Part shown: one piece after another, positions 57,501-64,000 of the stretch
Layout: each line of letters starts with the position of its first letter
Position numbering within the stretch: position 1 is the first letter of the stretch
The notes under the pieces: model-generated
What the model was told of the DNA's origin: nothing
Databases searched by the model: none
Seen by the model: only the letters and a program-made list of their open reading frames with translations
NCBI GenBank assembly: GCA_004293265.1
Contig: RDXZ01000022.1
Coordinates: forward strand, 9,158-73,157
Length of the DNA: 64,000 bases
Direction of reading: 5' to 3'
Source: Bacteroidota bacterium
Lineage (GTDB): Bacteria > Bacteroidota > Bacteroidia > Cytophagales > Microscillaceae
Program-made: the position numbers and the translations under genes

Positions 57501-60500
57501 AATAATACATTGACATCGTTAGGAATACCAGGATGTTTGGCTACTGCTACGGTTCAAGTACAAATATTTCCTAAACCAACAGTATCTTTTACTGCTCTTA
57601 ATGCCACTTGTGTAGGAAATCCGACTACATTTACATCTTCGGTTACAGGTGCGCCACCTTTGACTTACGCTTGGGATTTTGATGGCAATTTGGGTACTAT
57701 TGAAAGCAATGTACCTAATCCAACTTATACATTTACTTCACCAGCCACTCCGGGTAATTTGAATAATCAATTGGTTACTTTGACAGTAACCAATGCCAAT
57801 GGTTGTTTTCAAACATTTACCAGAAATATCAGTGTGATTAATCCTGATTTTGCGATAGGTGCTGTAAGTGGTGCTTTTTCTGCTGTTGCCCCTGCTAATT
57901 TAATATTAAATTGTCCACCTAAAAATGTCAATTTTACTGCTAACTCTATTCCTGCGGGATTAGATTTAACAAATTGGACTTTTGATTGGACTTTTGGAGA
58001 TGGCAACCAAGCCGTAAATGTTCAAAATCCGAGTAATATTTATGATACGCCTAGATCGCCTGATGTATTTAATGTACTATTGACTGCAAAAAATATAATT
58101 ACAGGTTGTATAGTTACCAAAACATTAAATAATTTTATTACTATTTCTGGTCCAAGAGGAGTGTTTGATTTTGTACCTAAATTTTCGTGTAAACCTGATG
58201 TGGTTACATTTACTGTGGGACCTTTCACAGGAAGCCCAACAAAAGTTACTATGGATTTTGGTGATGGAACTTCACAGACAATAGGTAATAATCCTACTCC
58301 ATTGCCTTCTACGGTTACATTTACACATACTTATACACAATCAGGTACATTTTTACCAATTATGACCTTAGAAGATGCTTCGGGTTGTAGAGTGGCGTAT
58401 CCAAGTGCAGGAAATGTGAGAGTGAATGTGAGTGGACCTCCTGTGGCTAATTTTACTTGGACAGGTGGGGGTCAGATATGTAGAAATATATTGGTTAATT
58501 TTTCAGATTTAAGTTCGAGTGATGCAGGTACACCAAATACAAGTCCACTAAATCCACAAGTAAATCGTTGGGATTGGGCAATTTATCCAGCGGGTACGCC
58601 TATTCCTCCCGTTAATACATTACCATTGGCAACGCCATTATTTACAAGTACTTCACAAAATACTGCTTATACATTTACAGCATCAGGAACATATTTAGTA
58701 AGATTATCAGTGAAGACTGCTTTCAATCAAGGTGGAACGCCTGATGGTTGCCCTGATACTGAATACAAAACAATAACTATTGTAGATCCAAGCATAACAG
58801 CCGCAATCACTACTATAGCACCACCTAATCGTTGCCCAGGTGAGCCTGTAACTTTTAATGGAAATGGTAATACGAATATTAATCCAAAAATATTACAAGG
58901 TGTTTGGAGAGTATATCAAAATCCAGTGGGAGTGAATATTCCTTATACAACCCCTCCAGCACTTGCTACTATTAATGCAACAGCAACCGCAGGGGCAAAT
59001 CCACCTGACCCTTGGACTATGGCAGGTAATTATACGTTTTCAGCTGCAGGTACTTATACATTAGAATTAGTTGTAACAGACGTAGCATTGTGTACGGGTG
59101 GAGCAGTCGCAACTCAATTAATAACAGTAGATCCATTACCAACCTTTGCCCCTGCAAGTGGACCAACCAATCAAGCAATTTGTGTAAACCAATCTGCTTC
59201 ATTTACAGTAAATCCATCTGCAGCTTCTTTGGCGGGCACAGGTGTTACTTATCAATGGCAACAAAATGATGGCGGAGGCTGGGTAAATATTATAGACGGA
59301 CCTTTGGTAGGAGGATTGGCTCCTGCAATTTATGCAGGTTCTGCAACTTCTTCTTTTACAATTACAAATGGAAGTTTGGGAATTAATAATTATCAATATC
59401 GTTGTGTGATTAGAAAAACATTGACAGCAACTTGTGTGGCAACTTCTAATTCAGCAACTCTATCCGTTAATCAAAATCCAACACTTGCCAATGCTGGTCC
59501 TGCACAAACTTTGTGTAATGTAACTTCAGTTACTTTGGCAGGGAATGATGTATCACCATTCACAGGACAATGGACGCAAGTAGGTGGACCTACATTGCCT
59601 TTGGGTTCTATTGTTAATAGTTCATTATTTAATACACAAGTAAATAATTTATCGATAGGTATTTATACATTCCGTTGGACATCTTCAAGTGGTGCTTGTT
59701 CATCTAATTTTGCTGATGTAGTTGTTACAAATGCAAGAACTGCATCAGTAGGAGCAACACAAAACTTATGTGGAGCATCTTCAACGAGTTTAACGGCTAA
59801 TAATCCAGCATTGTTTGGAGGAACAGGTGTATGGAGTTTGTTTAGTGGTCCTTTGGGAGTTAGCCCAACCATTACACCAACTAATTCATTTAATACAAGT
59901 GTTACAGGTTTAGTACCTTCTACAACGCCATATATATTTAGATGGACTACTTCTGGTCCTGGTTGTGCTAATAATTCTTTTGCAGATATTACCATCAATG
60001 ATAATCCGTTGCCAAGTGCAGTAAATCCGATGTCGCAAACAATTTGTCAAGGACAAACAACGACATTCGTTACTTCGGGTGCGGGTACATTGTCTTATCA
60101 ATGGCAGGCAGATGATAATGGTGGTAGTGGTTTTGTCAATATTGCCAATACAGCACCTTATTCAGGGGTTACAACACAAACATTGACAGTTACAAATCCT
60201 GCATTGACATTTAATAATTATAAATATCGTGTAAGAGTAACAAATGGTACTACAGGTTGCGTTACTTTTACCAATTCTGGAACATTAGCAATACAAGCAG
60301 CACCATTAGGCGCACCTACTACAACTGCACCAGCATTCTGTCAAGGTAGCCCAATAGTTATATCATTAACAAATACAAGTAGTGGTTACACATATCAACT
60401 ATTTACAGGTGCAACACCTGTTGCGGGTGTCCCATCAATTACAGGAAATGGAACAGGTCAAAGTTTTGCAACATTTACTGCTAATACAAGTGCTAGTTAT

Positions 60501-63500
60501 ACAGTAGTAGTTACTACGCCACAAGTAAATGGTGTAAGTTGTACGCAAAATTTAACTCCAACTTTAAATTTAACAGTTAATCCTACTCCTTCAGCGTCAG
60601 TTGCTGGAGCAAATCAAGTAGTTTGTGCAGCGACTACTAATATGAATGCAACACCAGTGGCATCAGGAACAGGAACTTGGACGATTATAGCAGGTTCTGG
60701 TAGTATTACAGCAGGACAACAAAATAGTCCTACTGCATCTATTACAGGATTAGTGGCAGGTGTAACAACTACTTTGCAATGGACAGTAACCAGCGGTGCT
60801 GGTGTTGGCGCTTGTCCTCCAAATGTATCAACAGTAAATGTAACGAGATTATCAGCAACTGCCACTTCTAATGCGGGGGCAGACCAAACGCTTTGTGCGG
60901 TGGCTACTGCGTTACAAGGAAGTAATCCAGGAGCAGGTACAGGAACTTGGTCAGTTATAGCAGGTTCAGGTACATTTGCCAACGCAAACGATAGATTTAC
61001 AACAGTTACAAATTTAGGAATTGGAACTAATACATTTAGATGGACTGTGGTAGATGCTTGTGGCACTACAACAGATGATGTAAATATTATTAGAGAATTT
61101 GGAAATACTTTTGCCGATGCAGGTCCAAATGTTATTCAATGTGGTGCTACTACTATTTTGAGTGCAGTGGGAACACCAGCCGCCGCCGCAAGGACTTGGA
61201 CTTTGGCACCAGGCACAAGTTTGGTATCAGGAACATTGACAAGCCCAACCATTACCATAACAGGATTGGCTTTGGGTGCGAATGTATTTACTTGGACAGT
61301 AACCAATAGTTGTGCTACTTCTATTTCAAATGTAACTATTACAAGAATAGACAATACAACGCCTTCGAATGCAGGGATTGCTCAAAATATTTGTGGTGCA
61401 TCTACTTCGTTGAATGCAAATATTCCAGTAGTTGGAACAGGAACTTGGAGTTTTGTAAGCGGTCCTGTTGCTTTAACGAATGCTAATTTTTCGAATGTTA
61501 ATCAAAATAATGCGAATGTTACTGGAATGACTGCTGTTGGAACATATAGATTCCAATGGACAATTAGTAATGGAGCGTGTACGCCATCATCTACATTTGT
61601 TGATATTACAAGAGATGCTTTACCAAGTGCCTCTGTCATCACAGCGATTCCTGATATTTGTGCTGATAACACAACCATTACTGCCAATAATCCAGCAGTT
61701 GGAACAGGACTTTGGAGTGTTGTAAGTGCGCCAAGTGGAGCAAATCCAACTTTTGTCAATGCCAACAATAATTCAACTATAATTAATGGTTTGACCGTAG
61801 CAGGAACTTATACAATTAAATGGACGATTACAAATGGAACTTGTCCGCCTGCACAAAGCACAGCAACTATTGTTCGTGCATCACCTCCAAGCGTATCAAA
61901 CGCAGGAGTAGCACAAACTATTTGTGCTGATGTAGTTACTTTGAATGCAAACTTACCTACATCAGGAACAGGATTATGGACAGTAACAACTCCTTTGGGT
62001 GCAACAGTTACTTTTTCAAATGCAACAGCAAATAATACAACGGCATCAGGTTTGACGGTGGCAGGTAATTATACATTTACTTGGACAATATCAAACGCAC
62101 CTTGTACGCCTGCTTCTACAAGCAGTGTGATTATCACAAGAAATGCAAACATAGGTGCTGTTACAATTACACCATCTACAATAAATGTTTGTGGAGCAAC
62201 AACAACTTTAACAGCCTCTGCTTTACCAGTTGGAACAACAGGGGTTTGGACAATAGTACAAGGAAATGGAACTTTTAGTCCTGCGAATAATCCAAATACA
62301 ACAGTATCAGGATTGAGTGCAGGTTTGAATAGATTTAGATGGACAGTTACAAGTGGCGTTTGTCCGCAAGTATCTGCAGATGTAATAGTTAATTCATTTA
62401 CTCAACCTTCTCCTGCCAATGCAGGTCCAGATGTGTTAGTTTGTTCAGGCTCTGGAACTTTAACAGCAAGCACTCCTACAGCAGGTACAGGTACTTGGAG
62501 TTATGTAGGCACAGCACCAAGTGGATTATCATTTGGAAATATAAATAGTCCTAATACAACAGTGAGTGGCTTGCCTGTGGGTTCGCATACATTACGTTGG
62601 ACAGTAGATAATTTACCTTGTACATCGAGTAATGATGATGTATTGGTAAGTGTAAGAGGAAGTGTAAGTTTATCAGTAGCAGGAACAAGTCAAACAACTT
62701 GTAACACAAATTGGACTTTGGGAGCAAACCCTGTGAATGTAGCCGCAGGCGAAACAGGTGTGTGGACATTCTCAGGAGGTACAATCGCACCAGTAAATCT
62801 AAACAATCCAAATGCACCTGCAACATTGGTTTTAGGCGTAAATTCATTTACTTGGACAGTTAATAATGGTTGTGCAACGTCAGTATCAACCATATTTATA
62901 ACAAGAGTAGATAATACAACCACCGCCAATGCAGGTACAAATCAAGATATTTGTATCAATGATGTAAATTTAGCAGGAAATCAACCTGCCATTGGCACAG
63001 GACTTTGGACGGCAAATGCAGGCAATCCTTCTGCGGTTACTTTTGCAAATGCTTCTCAATTTAATACAGCAGTAAGCGGTTTGAGTGTAGCAGGAGATTA
63101 TTTCTTCACTTGGACAATTACCAATGGAACTTGCACACCTTCATCAAGCATCGTTAGAATAAGAAGATTATCAAACCCTTCAGTTGCCAATATAGGAACA
63201 AGTGCGGTCAGTGTTTGTGCTGATAATTATACAATCACAACAGGAACAAATCCAACAATTGGAACAGGACTTTGGAGTGTTGTAAGTGGTTCAGGTACAT
63301 TTTCAAATAGTGCAGATGTAAATACACAAATTAGTAATTTGGCGAATGGAGTCAATGTATTCAAATGGACGGTTTCAAATTCTGTTTGCGTACCAACTAC
63401 TGCTACAATCACAATTACAAGAGCATTACCACCAACTACATCAGTAGCAGGAACAAACGCTTCAATTTGTGCAGATTCTTATACTTTGAATGGTAATGCA

Positions 63501-64000
63501 CCATCAGTTGGAACAGGACAATGGACATTACAACCGGGTTTCCCAGCAGGTGCAGTTGTTACCTTTAATAATAATACTTTAAGTAATGCAGTAGCGAATG
63601 GTTTGACGCTTGCAGGAACTTATACGTTCCGTTGGACAATAACCAACGCACCTTGTACGCCATCAACTTCTGATGTGATTATTACAAGATTAGCAGCACC
63701 AACAGCCAATGCAGGCACAAATATCACACAATGTGGTGGTCAAATATTTATGAATGCAACAGGTACACCATTAGGAAATGGAACTTGGTCAGTAGTAGCA
63801 GGAAATGGAACTTTTGCTAATCCTAATTCACCTACAACAGAGGTAACGGGTATGGCACAAGGATTAAATAGATATAGATGGACGGTTACAAATGGTACCT
63901 GCGTTCCAGCAACATCAGAAGTAATTGTAAATTATTCAGCACCACTTTCTAATGCGTATGCAGGAGCAGATGTGGTAGTATGTGATGTGAATGGAATTTT
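54540..64000 (+). CDS. giant cell-surface adhesin (PKD-like domains, Ig-like domains, and 18 or more copies of an 85-aa Cys-containing repeat), 3-prime partial
   Basis: ATG at 54540 with signal peptide MRQLYLKLTLIFLIMFAGVSVMLKAQ. It is absent from the ORF track, which lists no ORF in this frame downstream of 54540, consistent with an open frame that has no stop before the window edge. PKD hallmarks WNFGNGN, WNFGDGS, WTFGDGN, G(T/N)YTVTL. From about 59.45 kb, repeats of the form NAGxxQxxC...GTGxW...F.WT..NG.C. Confidence 0.85.
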   Translation, partial: MRQLYLKLTLIFLIMFAGVSVMLKAQPTQLDFSAIINQNGCGTAQYKFDITTLKDALGNDLLYANYFYYWDYGNLTNSGSPANNTLFSNQLRSYVSPGNYTVTLYVYASAVAVPTASPLPLIVKSKVITVYTDPAPDFFANVVDVCLGDPITVTDPVNYSTQPFVGPVLSRRWNFGNGNLFDVTNPATNTFTYTYPNVGDYQITLTTRTSGGRPGEECTANRIRPAYIRVRHRPVASFSISSVPPACVLPYAPILTNTSTIASSPAPAGAITSYTWRFYNGPSSASPELPFSPIVTTSATAPILPANAYNAAGTYAVTLQALSSTGCTSAITATQVFTIFPPTVADFNVPSTTTICTGTNVTFNDNSTSGAASYAWSFAGAASPTSSTAQNPVITYTASGTYNTTLTVTYPNGCVRTITKPYTVTVNPAPNANFTNAPNNGFCQVPKTVTFTPLQANNPNYTYTWNFGQPIGPGLTGPIALGYTGVSTYTQFGSYNVSLTVKDNITGCETIVTRVLTLQEPVLSIAPRNPVTGCAPLNVIFDVSMNAIESIASYQIDYEGNGTFTAPIVPTHNPPTPFTLVSNYTYTTRGTFIPKIRITTTNGCTIQVNSLTPINVGIPPVITSITRTGGSGGNCQGGTGFVYTPVFQAGTSANTILVSYGGAPAIPYIPGTPFPFQTNGSQTITYTASDNGCLAAPISFSGAGIGGQIEDPFPSITVNGGVPNICSGGSTNTFSVNISASVPSPNGTTNYIVDFAGTQYSSLTPTAPNNPFDPANVQHTFTSPGTYTITVIANNPSSGCSASSSVQVTVIQASGFVVDFNVTTPTPTCAFNPITFDASASTSSAPGVTITNYQWNFGDGSPIFITNNPVTNHTYVPSATPYTAGLTVLFSNGCTKTYTGVPKTVNIQGPIPVIAVSPTINGCVGDTKNFAGSLSGIFPNTNSVANPSGWTWNFGDVGSVGNIVNGQNSSHTFVNPGTYTVTLTVRDNNTLTSLGIPGCLATATVQVQIFPKPTVSFTALNATCVGNPTTFTSSVTGAPPLTYAWDFDGNLGTIESNVPNPTYTFTSPATPGNLNNQLVTLTVTNANGCFQTFTRNISVINPDFAIGAVSGAFSAVAPANLILNCPPKNVNFTANSIPAGLDLTNWTFDWTFGDGNQAVNVQNPSNIYDTPRSPDVFNVLLTAKNIITGCIVTKTLNNFITISGPRGVFDFVPKFSCKPDVVTFTVGPFTGSPTKVTMDFGDGTSQTIGNNPTPLPSTVTFTHTYTQSGTFLPIMTLEDASGCRVAYPSAGNVRVNVSGPPVANFTWTGGGQICRNILVNFSDLSSSDAGTPNTSPLNPQVNRWDWAIYPAGTPIPPVNTLPLATPLFTSTSQNTAYTFTASGTYLVRLSVKTAFNQGGTPDGCPDTEYKTITIVDPSITAAITTIAPPNRCPGEPVTFNGNGNTNINPKILQGVWRVYQNPVGVNIPYTTPPALATINATATAGANPPDPWTMAGNYTFSAAGTYTLELVVTDVALCTGGAVATQLITVDPLPTFAPASGPTNQAICVNQSASFTVNPSAASLAGTGVTYQWQQNDGGGWVNIIDGPLVGGLAPAIYAGSATSSFTITNGSLGINNYQYRCVIRKTLTATCVATSNSATLSVNQNPTLANAGPAQTLCNVTSVTLAGNDVSPFTGQWTQVGGPTLPLGSIVNSSLFNTQVNNLSIGIYTFRWTSSSGACSSNFADVVVTNARTASVGATQNLCGASSTSLTANNPALFGGTGVWSLFSGPLGVSPTITPTNSFNTSVTGLVPSTTPYIFRWTTSGPGCANNSFADITINDNPLPSAVNPMSQTICQGQTTTFVTSGAGTLSYQWQADDNGGSGFVNIANTAPYSGVTTQTLTVTNPALTFNNYKYRVRVTNGTTGCVTFTNSGTLAIQAAPLGAPTTTAPAFCQGSPIVISLTNTSSGYTYQLFTGATPVAGVPSITGNGTGQSFATFTANTSASYTVVVTTPQVNGVSCTQNLTPTLNLTVNPTPSASVAGANQVVCAATTNMNATPVASGTGTWTIIAGSGSITAGQQNSPTASITGLVAGVTTTLQWTVTSGAGVGACPPNVSTVNVTRLSATATSNAGADQTLCAVATALQGSNPGAGTGTWSVIAGSGTFANANDRFTTVTNLGIGTNTFRWTVVDACGTTTDDVNIIREFGNTFADAGPNVIQCGATTILSAVGTPAAAARTWTLAPGTSLVSGTLTSPTITITGLALGANVFTWTVTNSCATSISNVTITRIDNTTPSNAGIAQNICGASTSLNANIPVVGTGTWSFVSGPVALTNANFSNVNQNNANVTGMTAVGTYRFQWTISNGACTPSSTFVDITRDALPSASVITAIPDICADNTTITANNPAVGTGLWSVVSAPSGANPTFVNANNNSTIINGLTVAGTYTIKWTITNGTCPPAQSTATIVRASPPSVSNAGVAQTICADVVTLNANLPTSGTGLWTVTTPLGATVTFSNATANNTTASGLTVAGNYTFTWTISNAPCTPASTSSVIITRNANIGAVTITPSTINVCGATTTLTASALPVGTTGVWTIVQGNGTFSPANNPNTTVSGLSAGLNRFRWTVTSGVCPQVSADVIVNSFTQPSPANAGPDVLVCSGSGTLTASTPTAGTGTWSYVGTAPSGLSFGNINSPNTTVSGLPVGSHTLRWTVDNLPCTSSNDDVLVSVRGSVSLSVAGTSQTTCNTNWTLGANPVNVAAGETGVWTFSGGTIAPVNLNNPNAPATLVLGVNSFTWTVNNGCATSVSTIFITRVDNTTTANAGTNQDICINDVNLAGNQPAIGTGLWTANAGNPSAVTFANASQFNTAVSGLSVAGDYFFTWTITNGTCTPSSSIVRIRRLSNPSVANIGTSAVSVCADNYTITTGTNPTIGTGLWSVVSGSGTFSNSADVNTQISNLANGVNVFKWTVSNSVCVPTTATITITRALPPTTSVAGTNASICADSYTLNGNAPSVGTGQWTLQPGFPAGAVVTFNNNTLSNAVANGLTLAGTYTFRWTITNAPCTPSTSDVIITRLAAPTANAGTNITQCGGQIFMNATGTPLGNGTWSVVAGNGTFANPNSPTTEVTGMAQGLNRYRWTVTNGTCVPATSEVIVNYSAPLSNAYAGADVVVCDVNGI

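Noticed and set aside
55432-63412. About twenty 60-150-aa ORFs on both strands listed by the track inside 55.4-63.4 kb
   Set aside because: All are out of frame or antisense to the continuous 54540-64000 adhesin reading frame. Their translations are low-complexity (Leu/Arg/Val/Thr runs). They are shadow ORFs produced by the repeat-rich, more G+C-rich coding sequence.
59450-64000. Regular repeats of about 250 nt considered as a possible CRISPR or other non-coding array
   Set aside because: The repeats are divergent, in frame and protein-coding (conserved Cys/Gly/Trp positions), with no short identical direct repeats separated by unique spacers. I found no CRISPR-like structure anywhere in the window.
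1-64000. Search for tRNA, rRNA, tmRNA, RNase P or SRP RNA genes
   Set aside because: I recognised no T-arm GTTCGAATC-type motifs, no rRNA-like conserved blocks and no SRP or tmRNA signatures. By-eye scanning can miss such genes, so a tRNAscan-SE/Infernal run is still advisable.

Overview
This is an A+T-rich, Bacteroidota-like window: it has lipoprotein-rich genes, a T9SS C-terminal sorting domain, a TonB-dependent receptor, and a TAnnTTTG-type promoter box. All domain calls come from reading motifs in the translated ORFs. No database search was run.

Layout:
- 1-5.5 kb: small unrelated plus-strand genes separated by structured attC-like repeats. The run is interrupted by a 2.2-kb AT-rich module carrying three small HTH genes.
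- 5.7-12.3 kb: ordinary genes (TonB-dependent receptor, GH31 glycosidase, lipoprotein, SAM methyltransferase).
- 12.3-30.1 kb: the standout feature. It is a 13-gene, tightly packed minus-strand operon encoding a tubulin/FtsZ-like protein, a 1186-aa protein with an Hsp70/actin-like ATPase domain, and a MotA/MotB (ZorAB-like) stator pair. It also encodes vWA-type proteins, an LRR protein and exported protease and lipase lipoproteins.
- 30.8-32.3 kb: a divergently transcribed ECF-like sigma factor and a membrane anti-sigma-like protein.
- 32.6-36.7 kb: a TPR-CHAT (caspase-like) gene whose 5-prime signal-anchor exon has been cut off by a complete 1384-bp IS with an 8-bp target duplication.
- 37-42.5 kb: Hsp20, then a primase-helicase module bounded by copies of one hairpin repeat, with a candidate sRNA.
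- 42.5-54.2 kb: S8 peptidase, T9SS cargo, a MacAB-like efflux operon and small secreted proteins.
- 54.5-64 kb: the 5-prime 9.4 kb of a giant PKD/Ig-repeat adhesin that runs off the window.

I recognised no rRNA, tRNA or CRISPR array.
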